A stretch of DNA of 64,000 nucleotides from Octopus vulgaris (GCA_951406725.2 OX597819.1:58528001-58592000); one strand, 5' to 3'; shown: positions 1-13,075, counted from the stretch's first letter. Numbers and translations are program-made. Notes: generated by a model from the letters alone, not told the origin.

Positions 1-637
1 TCTTTAAATGCAATCAATATCGCCAACAACAGGAACATAATCTCCATTTTAAGGATATTAATGTCAACGATGTCAAAAAGTAACAGCTCTATGAACGATA
101 ACAACAAAAAGAAGAGCGATCAAAATTACAAGAACAACAGCAAAATATGCATAAAGAGACATTCTCCTCAAAGTCTACCAGTAATGTAAGAAATGTTGGG
201 AAAAAGTAAAGCAAGATTAATGTGGAAACATCTGCATGAACTACTCTGGCAGATAGTTAACCGGTACTTTAAGTATGGATGAGCATAGGTATCTTTATCA
301 ACTTGTGTGAAGAGATAAGGATGCATATATATAGATATGAGAAGTGAAGTTGTATGCATGTATATATATATATATATATATATATATCCCGGACGAGCCC
401 AATTGTTTCAGTGGTGGTGCCCTAGCATGACCGCAGCTTTAAAGCTGAAACACTTTAAAGATTTAAAGATATATATATATCAAATCTAATAAAGTGAAAG
501 GCTCCTATGTCCCTGAAAACTAAGTGATATGCAATTATGTCAAACTGTTATCAAATACATGTAACTCAACTGAAATATGTTGAATGCTACTTCAACATAT
601 CTGTGTGTGCGTGTGTGTCTGTGTATATGTGTGTGTG

Positions 638-1967
638 TATAGGAAAAGTAGAAATTGAAAATGCACTGAGAATAGTTAAAATATTTTTTTATTAATATAT
701 TTAAAGTCCTAACCGGTTTCACAGTTCACACTGATTTTCAAAAGGCTCAAATAGAAAAACGTGCCTTATGTCGCAGCTGTCTTGCTTCTGACTAGTGTTT
801 GAAGTTTGCCCTGTTTTTATAGGGATTTCATAGCTCAAATTAGTATATGTTTTGAATAGGATTTGATTGTTAGAGGATAGTCATATGACTGGTCTTAGAA
901 ATTTTTGCAGGTTTCCCGCTACGTCAAAAAATGTCGCTGCCCCAATTGCGGGACCTGCATCAACCTTATTGAAGAAAAAGCATACAGATTCAAATCAGGA
1001 CTGACTTTTACCGTAAAAAATCACATTACATGTTCATAGAATTGAATATACGCTATCAAATGTTAATGATGTAATGAAGATTACACAGGTCAAACAAAGC
1101 TTACTCTAAGAAATAGATTGACCATTCACCGACAACAAATACGAGATCCCCGCACTAGACAGATATGTGCAAAAAATAAGTCTCCCAAATTCCAGGTCTT
1201 CCCATTCTACCTATGTTAAGCGAATACCACAGATGAAACTCGAATAAACAAAGAAAATACTTTCATACAAAAGTACAAACCAAGATTTTACAAACTTTAA
1301 CACAGCAGATACACAAATAACTTCACACACACAAAAGTCATTCTTCCACTTATAATGAGGAATCTACAGAGCTAACAACCTATACTTTAGTCTCTAGACT
1401 ACATACAAACGACTCCTATTCACTCTCACAGACTAAATTTGGAGTGTCCTGGTTATAACTAAACATGTTCACTCAACCGTGTCAGCCTTCTTTTTCGGCA
1501 TAAAATATACTGTCACGTGACACTAATGCACGGACGTAGCGGGAAACGTACAGAATGTGTTCTTTCTCTACAAACACTTGACAGAAAACATTCAGAGTAT
1601 TGATTATTTGGACTTGTTCAGTTAACTCTGTCATCCTTAACTTAATACGCCAAATATTGTCACTTGGAACTAACACACAGATGTAGCGGAAAACCGACAA
1701 AAATTTCTAAGACCAGCCATGTGGCTATTCTCTTCCAATCAAATACTATTCAAAATATATACTAATTTGAGCCATGAACTCCCTATAAAAACAGGGCAAG
1801 CTTCAAACACCAGTCAGAAGCAAGACACTTGTGACATAAGTCACGTCATTCTATTTGAACTTTTTGAAAATCAGAGTAAACTGTGAAACCAGTTAAATTT
1901 TTAAACATAATAATAAAAAGTATCTTAACTATTCTCAGTGCATTCTCATCTTCTATTTCTTCCTATA
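638..1967 (+). mobile_element. 5'-truncated Penelope-like retroelement with inverted pseudo-LTR
   Basis: 638-907 is a diverged reverse complement of 1698-1967. The arms enclose a GIY-YIG endonuclease remnant, and each arm holds a decayed hammerhead-like core. Confidence 0.8.
929..1300 (+). pseudogene. GIY-YIG endonuclease domain of a Penelope-like element (in-frame stops)
   Basis: Manual translation from 929: KCRCPNCGTC...HITCS*N*IYAIKC**CNEDYTGQTKLTLRNRLTIHRQQIRDPR...FPFYLC*...RINKENTFIQKYKPRF. This gives a Cys-rich linker, xIY..YxG, and the conserved R/H/E residues. Confidence 0.8.
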
Positions 1968-2159
1968 TTTCTACCCGTGGGAAATAATATAACTTTATTT
2001 TATATATATATATAAACAAGTAATAGGGATTAATAAGTCCAGGCTGCTTTTGTACTTTCTTCTGTATCTAAAAAATGTTTTCACGATGGAAAAGATCGTT
2101 GGTTCTGTATGGTGTAATCTCAAATAAAGATGTGATATTCTCCAGTCTTGTTGAAGTTG

Positions 2160-2172
2160 ATACATACATACA

Positions 2173-2206
<34 letters not shown>

Positions 2207-2208
2207 CA

Positions 2209-2242
<34 letters not shown>

Positions 2243-2262
2243 CATACATACATACATACATG

Positions 2263-2294
<32 letters not shown>

Positions 2295-2308
2295 CATACA
2301 TACATACA

Positions 2309-2342
<34 letters not shown>

Positions 2343-2431
2343 CATACATATATACATACATACATACATACATACATACATACATACATACATACATACA
2401 TACATGCATACATACATACATACATACATAC
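2160..2431. repeat. (TACA)n tetranucleotide microsatellite
   Basis: Directly visible; explains the YIHT/MYVC ORFs. Confidence 0.98.
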
Positions 2432-2519
2432 AATCGCACCCGAAAGTCGGAAACGCGAAGAAAACACGAAATAAAGGTTAGTCTCGCTGGCTTCAGGTGG
2501 ATATAGTTTTCAAAATGAT

Positions 2520-3110
2520 GGCTGTGGCAAATAAGACAACATGGGTATTTAGATTGGCAAGTTTCAAGTCTGTTCCTTTCTTATTCATCGAAGCCTTCGT
2601 TGTCTCTTTCCATTCTCACTTTAATTTAGATATGGTGAGAGAAGTCGTAACTCCATTAAAAGTTATGTTGTGCGCTTAAACTTGTGTTGGGTATCTCATG
2701 ATTTAATTATAGACTGACCACAGGGAATGAAGACAAAAATTTTTTCTGCTGAGGACAATCCGAGACTTATGGAACATTTTTGGGATGTTAGTATATTTTC
2801 ATAGCATTTTATCCTATAACATCGTTAGAGTTGGACGTGAAGCTAATCTTAAGATATTTCCTATCAAGCAGTTCTATTAGAACTCACTATTCCGGATTTG
2901 AACTGGATTGCGGAAGCCAATTGGTAGGGGTATGCCGAAGCAACAGAGGGCAAGTGAGACATGATCCCATCGAAGTGAAATGCCAAGGGTTCCTAGATCT
3001 GTCTTTCAGCAATGACTACAATATGCTGCATATCACAAGGGCTAGAAAGCGAAAAGCTCACAAGCCATCCAGTGACCCGAAACACCTAATGACGCCCGAG
3101 GGGCACCAAA
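2520..3110 (+). mobile_element. Decayed 3' part of a REL-endonuclease non-LTR retrotransposon (R2/Hero-like)
   Basis: Frame-shifted remnants LLELTIP..W..EA and DPIEVKCQGF resemble the IELTVPWE and PIEVGCRGF motifs of such elements. Confidence 0.4.
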
Positions 3111-3341
3111 GATCATGTGTCCCTTTGATTTACTAGATGTTGTATAAGATATTGCATATGAATTTTATGATCGCATATTTTATATTAGTTTTCTATTCGG
3201 TACAGCAATCCACAGTTTATGCAGAGTTTCCTCTTTATGTGTATTGTGTGTATATCTGTTTCATCTTTGCAATGTCCCTCGCAGTCGGCGCCCATGTGGC
3301 AAATAAAGGAAACATTGTTACTGCTGTTGTTGCTGTTATTG

Positions 3342-3467
<126 letters not shown>

Positions 3468-4162
3468 TTGCCTTCGAAAAATTAGTCCCAGCATAAGGAG
3501 ACAGGGAGTGGTTATTGTAATAAATACAATCTGTGATATATCAGTGAATACTTCTCATGATTGCTGAAGTAGAGTAAAACAAAATTAGAACAACACTCAG
3601 CATAATAATTACGTATACAACAATTAAATTAACGCACACATACGTAATGGACCTCTTAAATACCTATGAAATCGCTTACGCACGGGTAAATACAGGCATA
3701 TGTATATTCGCTGACACACTCATACAGACGTTGACAAATGTATGTGTACACACATATATTTTATAACTAATATATATTACTACATATTGGTTTAATTCCG
3801 CCGGGGTCGACTTTGCCTTTCATCCTTTCGCGGTCGATAAATTAGGTACCAGTGAAACACTGAGGTCGATGTAATCGACTAGTCCCCTCCCCCAAAATTT
3901 CAAAGCCTTGTGCCTTCAGTAGAAAGGATTGTATTACTACATATTTATTGATTTTATATAATTGATTAATTATATGATTATGTGTATTTGTATAATTGCT
4001 ATATATAATAGTTTAAAGAAATACGAATGAATTCTATAATTGTAATATAACCATATACTTACAAATTATTATATGATTATAATATATAATTATATAACTG
4101 TAAAAATCATATAATTATAATATATTAATATAATTATAATATATAAATATATTATGATGATT

Positions 4163-4650
4163 GAGTGAGAGAGCAATGCATGCCATCAAAGTAACACTGG
4201 GGAACAAATATACGAACCCCAATATACCCATCATGACTACTCGTCCGATGAAAAGTACACCACGCACATGCATCACAACCATATGTGCGTGGCGTGGTGA
4301 TCTCATATCAGGATAAACAGCGTATGTCCTTGTAGATGGGGCTCAGAATTTTCTTCATGTCGAATAGTCCATCCCACTCAAAAAGTCCCTGAATGAAGTT
4401 TGTTTAAGATGATGAACGAAACAGCCATGTTTCCAGAGAATTCCTTTCAACACATGGCTATGATGCTCCCCCCCACCGCTACTCCTGCTTGTGATCAGAG
4501 ACAAACATATCATCTGTCACTAAGGAACATGCTCAACTGGTTAGGATCACACAACTGACAAGCCAATCTGCTGTAGCCCAGCTTTTGCACCAAGGTAATG
4601 AGTTAAGATCAGAAGCCATGAGACCCACTGTCTCGAACTGCATCAGAGCA
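4163..4650. mobile_element. Unclassified interspersed repeat of about 500 bp, copy 1
   Basis: Colinear with 41362-41884 from GAGTGAGAGAGCA to ACTGCATCAG(A/G)GCA, followed by TTA repeats. Confidence 0.8.
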
Positions 4651-4678
4651 TTTATTATTATTATTATTATTATTATTA

Positions 4679-5093
4679 AGGCGGCAGAGACGTTACCGCG
4701 CCGGATTTAATACTTAGCTGTATTTCGCCCGTCACTGGGCGTTGTTGACTTTGCCTATCATCCTTTCGGGGTCGATGAATTAAGTACCAGTGAAACACTG
4801 TTGTCGATATAGTCGACACATCCCCTCCCCCAAAATGGCTGCGCATGTAGCAAAATTTGAAACCTTAATTCTTATTATTAAGGCGGGTGGACAGGCAGAG
4901 TCGTTTGTACGCCAGGCTAAATGCTTAGCGCTATTTCACCCGTCGCTACGATCTGAGTTCAAATTCCACCGAGGTCGACTTTGTTTTTCATCCTTTCGGG
5001 GCCGATAAAATAAGTACCAATTGAACACTAGAGTCGAAATAATAGACTCATCCCCTCCTCCAAAATTGCTGCCTTGGTGGCAAAATTTGAAAC

Positions 5094-5095
<2 letters not shown>
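4679..5095 (+). mobile_element. Two tandem copies of tRNA-derived SINE family 1 (Nin-domain-like core)
   Basis: Core GCCTTTCATCCTTTCGGGGTCGATAAA.TAAGTACC and B-box-like GAGTTCAAATTC. Confidence 0.8.
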
Positions 5096-5138
<43 letters not shown>

Positions 5139-5689
5139 ATATAAATTACAAGATGATTTAGAAGTCTTTTAGTATTTGAATGATAAACAGTATTGAAATA
5201 CTAAATGGACTTTTAAATCACTTGTATAATCATAGTACAATATATAATTATGTAATTGTCTTGTTTGACGAGTAAAAAGGTGAGCGTAAATTGCCATGGT
5301 TTGATAGGACAATTAATATTGTGCGATGAAGAGGTTTCATTAAAAAGAAGTGTGGTTAAATCAGAAAATGGTGCTCAAATAATCATCATGTTATTTTTGC
5401 TGCAATGTTGTCTTATTTTAATTCTTTCAATTGTTTCTAAGAAACAAAGCTCTGTTTCTGGAATTCAAATGGTGACAAGGTTATGTGTCGAAGTTTGGAA
5501 AAATGTTGGACATTTTTCACTTTCGCTTACAGATTGTATGCATGTATATACGTTTGTATGCAGGTAGGTAGGTACGAAATTCTTCCTGCGAGGAAAGTGC
5601 TGGTTTTTGACAAAGATACAAAGCTTCTTTGTTGGAATGTAGATAACGAAAATAATGTCACATTTTAAACTTGAGAAAAGTTTTGCATG

Positions 5690-6200
5690 GTTTTACTGTT
5701 CCACCTTCAAATTATATTTTTAATGCGCAAGTTAGGTGGTTGATTTATTTTTGTGAAAATCCAAGTTCAGCCAGACTGTCAGTTAGGTATTTACTCACAA
5801 AGCCAAGTCCATCAATTATAATTGATTTATACCAATAATAATTATTATTGGTACAAATCTAAATTTCTAATATGGATATTGAAGCTGAAACTTTCGAAAC
5901 AGTTGTCCATAGTTCTCGTATTTCTCTGATTTTCAAAGAGATATTCACATCAGCAAGACAGCAAACCCTTTTTCTTTGTCTGTCCCAAACAACAATATCT
6001 GGCCTGCTCTGCTTACCTTTGATAGATGTTTTGATGTTTTGATGGGAATGTTCCACCAGTATTCATGTATGTATGCATGCATGCAACTAGGAAAAAGTAG
6101 TGACACACATCCTACAACCATTAGAAACTTATTTATGAAGAACATGTTTTTGGCCACCAGATAAGAATTTGTAGAAACAACACGATTTGACAACACTGTT
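5690..6200 (-). mobile_element. REL-endonuclease LINE remnant (R4/Dong-like)
   Basis: Minus-strand RPDIVVWD...ADVNISLKI and KFRFVPIII motifs, with frameshifts. Confidence 0.6.
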
Positions 6201-7164
6201 TAATGTCAGTTATTTTCGTTACCATTCCTAATTCAGAACAACAAGTAAAGAAAGTATTTATGCTAACACGCTGAAATATAAATAAAGCAGAAAAATAATT
6301 TTTGTAAACTCTCACAACGACGTAGGGGTCAACGTTATCGACGAGATTAGATGAGATCACAGTAACAGGTTCACAGAAGAAAACGTATATTGTTCTCTCA
6401 AATACGGCTGACAATGCCACCAACGCCGCCATTATCTTAGGAAACTATTTACCCTGCCACCTTACAACCGCAGACTTCGATAAACTATTAAGTTCACGAA
6501 CGTGATATAACAGAAAAGCATTGGTCTCCCGAGCTGACAATTTCCGCATTGAAATGCCAGACTTTGTATCTGCCAGAATAAATTAGATTTTTGCTTATTG
6601 TATTTCACCATAAGCTAAAACAGATTTTGTTGAGTCACCGAAGCAGCTGCTATATCTTCACTCAGTTTGCTCCCAGTAACATAATCTCCCCCCATATTAC
6701 ACGATAGTCTTATAAAGTGACGGACTTAGATAATGTAGTTCTAGATATAGAGAGTTTTTAACCATAGTCAACTCAAAACGAACTGACCTAGAAGTAAACA
6801 ACAAATTTATTAATGAATTGTTTATATTGTGTCATTAGAAAACAAAACTACACACATCTTGATGATATCTTTATTACCAGATAATATCGAAGCTAATCCA
6901 TAACGAAAACTATTCCTCGAGAATTCCATCTGAAAGTATTCAGTCCGGCAAATGAAGAGAATAAACCGAACAAAATTTAGTAGTTACAGATGTATACCAT
7001 ATTACATCCAACTTGAAATCTGGTGTTCGGAGCAGTACACCGAGTTGTTGCTACCTGCATGTAAGACGCTAGCTAAAAAAAAGTGTCATATCCACTCTTA
7101 CGTGTACTAAATTAAGTGCATCATGCAAAAATTATCGGCAGCAATTGCACAGAGATTACATGTA

Positions 7165-7338
7165 TATTTCTTTATTGCCTACAAGGGGCTAAACATAGAG
7201 GGAACAAACAAGGACAGACAAAGGCATTAAGTCGATTATATCGCCCCTAGTGCGTAACTGGTACTTTATTTATCGACCCCGAAAGGATGAAAGGCAAAGT
7301 TGACCTCGGTGGAATTCAAACTCAGAGCGTAACGGCAG
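7165..7338 (-). mobile_element. 5'-truncated SINE family 1 copy with 18-bp target-site duplication
   Basis: GCACAGAGATTACATGTA at 7147-7164 and 7339-7356 flanks the SINE core and its tail ending AATAAAGAAATA. Confidence 0.9.
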
Positions 7339-7398
7339 GCACAGAGATTACATGTAATAACTGAGATGACAGTAATATATTCAATCAATAGTAAATTA

Positions 7399-7566
7399 CC
7401 GTATTTTAACCTGTATAAGGAACCTTCATGTATTAAAAAAAAAACTAATTTTGGGGTTAAAATTTGGAAAAAAGGTTTTGTAATGCTATCCATGTATAAG
7501 AAACTCCCATATTTTTTAAACCTAATTTTTGACAGAAAAGGGTTTCTTATACACGTCCAAATACGG
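7399..7566. mobile_element. Tigger/pogo-type MITE
   Basis: Imperfect TIRs CCGTATTT..CTGTATAAG / CTTATACAC..AAATACGG, flanked by TA on both sides. Confidence 0.7.
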
Positions 7567-8299
7567 TATATAGTCACAATAAAAACAAGCGGGTGACTAT
7601 TTACGAAATAGAAAGGATATACCACACAGAAGAGGTGACCTATAGAGTTTCTAAACGTCTGAGAGGCCAAATTTAGCAGGAGTTTGAGAACAACTTAAAT
7701 TCCATGTGCCGACATTAAAGTATGAAGACCATTACTAGTTGAAATTCCAAGATCACATCTTCAACAACCTTTATCAAACCGATTTCCAATAAATTCAGTA
7801 TATTTGTTTTATCAAAGGTGACAAAGAATTAGTCATTATTGCACTTCAAATCTGAATAATGAGTTACTTGAGCTGTGAAAATATGAAATGTTTTTCAAGC
7901 AGTGAATTCATGAAAAGATACTTTGATAGTATTCGTAAATGAACTTACAATTTACGTTTAGATCTACCAATGTAGTCATACTTTCATTATTTTGCTTCTC
8001 CTAAAATGCGTAGTGCCATTTCGTCGGTCTTTACGTTCTGAGTTCAAATTCCGCCGAGGTCGACATTGCTTTCATCCCTTTAGAGTTGAAAAAATTAGTA
8101 CCAGTTGAGTAGCAATCAACTCCCACCCTCCGCCCCAACTACTCCTAAATGCTCAGGCTTTGTGCCTATAATAGAAAGGATAATTTTACTTCATGAAGGC
8201 AGCGAACTGACAGTGCGTCGGACAATAAATTTAGCTGTATTTCTTCCGGTTGCTTATTTCCTGAGTTCAAATTCTGCTGTGGTTTACTTCCACTGTGGT

Positions 8300-8776
8300 T
8301 TATTTATGACATCGTTCGTGCGTTTGTACTGGTTTTAAGGTTTTAGGGTAAGGGTTTTAGGGTTAGGGTTTTAGGGTTAGGGTTTTAGGGTTAGGGTTAG
8401 GGTTTTAGGGTTAGGGTTAGGGTTTTAGGGTTAGGGTGTTAGGGTTAGGGTGTTAGAGTTAGGATTAGGTTTAGGGTTAGGGTTTTAGGGTTAGGGTTGT
8501 CATAAATAACAGCGACAAACGAAATATACACCGCCGGGAGTTCTTGTTGACAAACAACAGCAGTATTTTATTCAGCTGAATACACGTCATTGATTGGTAG
8601 AAATTACCGAAATACGAGAACTTTAACGTGAAATAACTTCGTAAATATAAGTTTTTCTCCAAAATGCTAAGAGTAAAAGATGTTTTATATGACTTATTTT
8701 ACTAGTATCCGAAGTTTGAAAGCGTTCAGTTACAAAAAATTATTTTTTAAATCTGTCGGTCAAAACGTAAAGATCC
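8300..8776. mobile_element. Partial GGATC-terminal MITE family B with a TTAGGG array, inserted in a SINE
   Basis: Terminus ...GGTCAAAACGTAAAGATCC at 8776. 8498-8776 is the reverse complement of 17675-17954. The SINE core resumes at 8777. Confidence 0.75.
8341..8497 (+). repeat. Interstitial telomere-type array (TTAGGG/TTTTAGGG)
   Basis: Directly visible; lies inside the MITE. Confidence 0.95.
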
Positions 8777-8924
8777 ACTTTGCGTTTCATCTTTCGGATT
8801 TGATAAAATAAGAACCACTGATGAACTGGGTTCGATATATGAGTCATGATACTCGAAGACAGTAATATCCAGGTGACTTTTATCCATCCGGCTGTACTAC
8901 TTCCATTAAAATATTTTCACCTTG

Positions 8925-9344
8925 GGATCTTTTCGGTTTGAACGGCAGTTTTTAACATAATTTCTAGGTAACTAAAAAATTTTAAACTTCGTATACTGGT
9001 AGAATGTGTTTGTAAAACATCTTTTTCTCTTGGCTTGATTCTATAGTTTGTAAGATATTTGTTGTTGTTTTTTCTTCAATTTCTGCAATTTCAACCAATC
9101 AGTGACGTCTATTGAGTTAAAAAGCATTCTGTGCCGTATGAATATGTCCCTCGTTTAAGAAACAGATTGGGTCTATTTACATTTGTGAAGAAGAAAGATA
9201 CCCTTCCTCACCTAACCCTAACCCTAACTAACCCTAAACCTAAAAGAGATTGAAATGTAATAGACCGATTCTAGGGTCATAATTATGGGTGGCAATTTCA
9301 TATGACACCGCTCGGAACAACTGTCGTTCAAACCGAAAAGATCC
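8925..9344. mobile_element. Complete MITE family A copy 1 (GG termini, 8-bp TSD; Merlin/IS1016-like)
   Basis: TIRs GGATCTTTTCGGTTTGAACGGCAGTT / AACTGTCGTTCAAACCGAAAAGATCC. TSD TCACCTTG at 8917-8924 and 9345-9352. Internal CCCTAA tract at 9211-9243. Confidence 0.9.
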
Positions 9345-10853
9345 TCACCTTGTATTAAAGAGAAGAGTTATTATTTAATGCTTATTAATTGTTGTAATAG
9401 CTGTTGTTGCTTACGTTACTTAATTGAGGGGTCCAATGTACGTTGATGCATTCAACAATTGCAAAACAATAAGTATGATATTGTTCGACAGTATGCTTTC
9501 AGTCATAATTTTGGTGACAACGAATATTTAAAAAAAAAAAAATAACATGAGTCGATTTGCAAGACGGGGTAAAAAATGAAGAGGAAATAAGACTGAAAAT
9601 ATGGTAATATTAAAAAGTTGAAACAAACATAGAGAAAAAAAAATACATCAAAAACCTATAGAAAAACCTATAGAAAAACCTATAGAAAAAATTACATTTA
9701 GATTCACAGACAGACAGACATAAATATGAAATAACGAAAACAAAAAGCAACAGAGAAACAGAAGCAAAAGAAAGAATACAAAACGAAAGGAAGGAAGAAA
9801 ATAACAAATACGAAAGAAAAGAGAGGAAAAGAAGACTGATGCTATAAGAAGAAGTAATAGAATGATGGAATAAATAAAGCAAACATATCTATATTTTTCT
9901 TAAGAAAATATATAATTGACTATTAGAATTCCGTTCGTCAACATTTCATAATAAGAAAAACGTGTCTCCAAGATGAAAGACATCTGTTTGATTCCTGAAA
10001 CTGTGTAGAAAATGGAACAACTCTTGAAGGCAACTTATTCTGAATCTATTAACATGTGTAAGCAATACAAGAAAATTATAGAGCGACTTAATAGTTAGAA
10101 TATTGGCGTGTGAAATCACGGTAAAAACATGTCCACATCCTACATCTATTTGTTGCTTGTTTTGTTATTTTTCTTCTATGTATTTATTTTTGATTCCACC
10201 TTTCATCCTTTCGGGGTCGATAAATTAAGTACCAGTTGCGTACTGGGTCGATCTAATCGACTGCCCCCCACCCACCCCGCCCAAAAATTTCCAGCCTTGT
10301 GCCTAGAGTAGAAAAGAATATTTATTTTTGATCTTATTTATTTCGTATTTTAATTATTTCGGTTATTTTGACTGCGGCCATGCGGCAGCACCCACCTTCA
10401 GGGTTTAAACGGTCATATCGACAGCAGTACTAATTTCTGTTCACTCCATATGTTATCGATCTCTTTGTTGACCCGTTAAGTTACAGATAACAAAAGGACA
10501 CAGAATATATAAGACGATCATATACATATACATACAATCAACTTTTGCACAAAATACGCTTTCCCATGGTGCCACGCACTGGGATTGAACTTGGAACCGT
10601 GTGATTGCAAAGAAATTGCACCTCTGTGAAATTGCTACAATTAAATAGCTCAATATGCCTTCTATCAGCGCTGCTTTTTTTCTTGGGTGGGGCTTCCTCG
10701 CATGCTGTATATGTTTTAAAAGGTATAAGCATTTCCAACTGCTTGTAAAAAAAAGACAAAAAGCGAAGGCAATAACGGTAGTAAACAAGATCACTCGGGG
10801 AGCGCAAACTTCTGCCAATGTTTCTTTATTTTGGCACTACGGCCACAACACAG

Positions 10854-11281
10854 GGATCTTTTCGGTTTGAACGGCAGTTTTTTTTAAATAATTTCCACGT
10901 AACTAAACACTTTTAAACTTCGTATACTAGTAGAATGTGTTTATAAAACATCTTTTTCCCTTGGCTTTATTGAGAAGATTCTATAGTTTGTAAGATATTT
11001 GTTGTTTTTCTTTCTTCAATTTCTGCAATTTCAACCAATCAATGACGTCTATTGAGGTGAAAACATTCTGTGCCGTATGAATATGTCCATCGTTTAAGAA
11101 ACAGATTGGGTTTATTTACATTTCTGAAGAAAAAAGATACCCTTTCCCCCACCCCCAACCCTAACTAACCCTAACCCTAAAACAGATTGAAATGCAATAG
11201 ATCGATACTAGGGTCATAATTATGGGTGACAATTTCATATGACACCGCTAGAAAAAACTGCCGTTCAAACCGAAAAGATAC
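10854..11281. mobile_element. Complete MITE family A copy 2
   Basis: Same TIRs and body as 8925-9344. TSD CAACACAG at 10846-10853 and 11282-11289. CCCTAA tract at about 11155-11180. Confidence 0.9.
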
Positions 11282-11794
11282 CAACACAGAGTAAACACTA
11301 CAAAGACACCACTGTGGGGACAAAAAACATAAACCGAATGAAAATGAGATGTTATATAAAAATGAAATGACTGCATGGGTCCCATTCCCATGCAGTACCA
11401 TTTGGACGTTTGTATAAACTATTTACAATCGTTCTATTATCCGATTGTTTTTACTCGTTTTTTCCTCTTTTTTTTTTAATGAAACAATTTTACTTTTTAC
11501 CTTCTTTCTTCAGTAAAACAATTTAATTACATTTTTTAACTTTTTAATATCTCATGAAAGGTTCTAAATCTTTTAGCTCCACTACTGGTAGCAATTCATC
11601 GAACTCCACGTTGACTTACTGTCTGGGTGAAAATTTTGTGAGTTGTTGTGATATTGCTTTTTGAACGCTTTTGCTATACTGCCTTATGGCAATTGTTAAA
11701 TTTATTGTTTTCTGTTAAAGACTGTTAATTTCTTTTTGAAAGCATTTGTTTTGTTTTATTCCCCCGTTGGGGAGAATAATTACTTTAAAAAATT

Positions 11795-13060
11795 ATGTTG
11801 TGCGGCAACGCAGACAATAAATACGCCGGAAACGAGTCCAACAGAAAGCTCCCCAATGACACCCCAACCAATGACGCCACAATATTTTCCAAGTCTCCTG
11901 AGTGAGACCCCCCAAAATAGCATTTTATCAACAAGAAATATAGTAGTGAAAAGTTTACAAAAAGAAGAGAAAAAAGGTTTGCAACAGCAGCCGGGAGTCG
12001 AACCCGGCAACTCAATACAGAAAAATAAGAATTAAAAAAGTACACAAATATGATACAAAAAGAAGGAACCACGGTGAAAGTAGAACCTCCACAGAGAGTG
12101 TTAGAAGCGGAAAAAAGAAAAGCAATAATATACAAAACGCACAACCTTAAAGACAGAAAAATGGACAGAATGGCTGAAGAAACGGTGGAAAAATGTTTAC
12201 AGCAAATATGGTCCGATATTGGATACATAACTCGCGGCAAAAAGTTTGGCACAATAGACGTGAGAATGGTAAGTGAGGAAAAGGCGCAATACCATTCAGT
12301 TGAAACTATAAAGACGGACGACGTGGCACTCATACCCATATATATCGGAAGGAGAACATCAAGAATTCGAATAGGGAGAATTCCACTGGAGGTGGACCCC
12401 ATGTGGCTGATAGCAGCCGTAACCATGAACCTGGAGGAGAAAATCACACTCCTCCAGGCAACAGTTACAGATAAAATGAATTGGCACGGCCAAACAATTA
12501 ATCTGGTCGTACAGGCAGAGCCGTAAGCTCTCGAAGAAATACCAGAGAAAATATAAGTAGCAGAGGAGTCCCTCAGTGTTTGTGGAGGGACAAAAACCAA
12601 GGTGCTTCCAGTGCGGCCAGCTAGGACATATCCGCTCGGAGAGCAAAGAGGGAGAGGAAGAGGAGAAAAAGAAAACCAGGAAGAAAACCAGATAGAAAGT
12701 AAAGGAAAATACTCCAGACAGTACCAGCTAAAACGGTGCCTGCAGACAAGAGGCCGAAGAAGACAGCTAAGAGAGAGAATGAAGAGAGAGGCTTTGCGGC
12801 ATTTAATACAGAGGACAAGGAGTTGATGAGAGAATTAAATTTGAAAAAGATAGTGAAAAGGGTAGATGAACACTCAGACAAGTATGAAAATTACGAAATC
12901 TACGATATAGATTTAAAAAGTCATAAAATCCTGAAGAATAAATTCAGGAAAACAGTTGGGACAATGAGAAAATACTTTTTAACGACCTACCGGCTCCGAT
13001 CCTGCGAGCGAGAAAAAAAAAGACGTGGAGCCTTCCTCTCCACCTGATACCACAGAATAA
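11795..13060 (+). pseudogene. ORF1 (gag-like, CCHC knuckle) of LINE A
   Basis: ATG 11795 is in frame with ORF 12050-12526 across stops. PRCFQCGQLGHIRSE at about 12597-12642. Homologous to minus-strand ORF 14345-14866 (YITRGKKFGTIDVR vs YYTRGRKYGTVEVR; RIRIGRIP vs RIRIGRVP). Confidence 0.8.
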
Positions 13061-13075
13061 CTAAGGTAGGACATT

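Noticed and set aside
1995-2506. Overlapping 100-144 aa ORFs (YIHT/MYVC)
   Set aside because: Translations of the (TACA)n microsatellite.
8341-8497. True telomere or chromosome-fusion site
   Set aside because: Short, degenerate, one orientation only, and embedded in a repeated MITE.
11785-12600. 271-aa minus-strand ORF
   Set aside because: Antisense shadow of LINE A ORF1; no independent motif.
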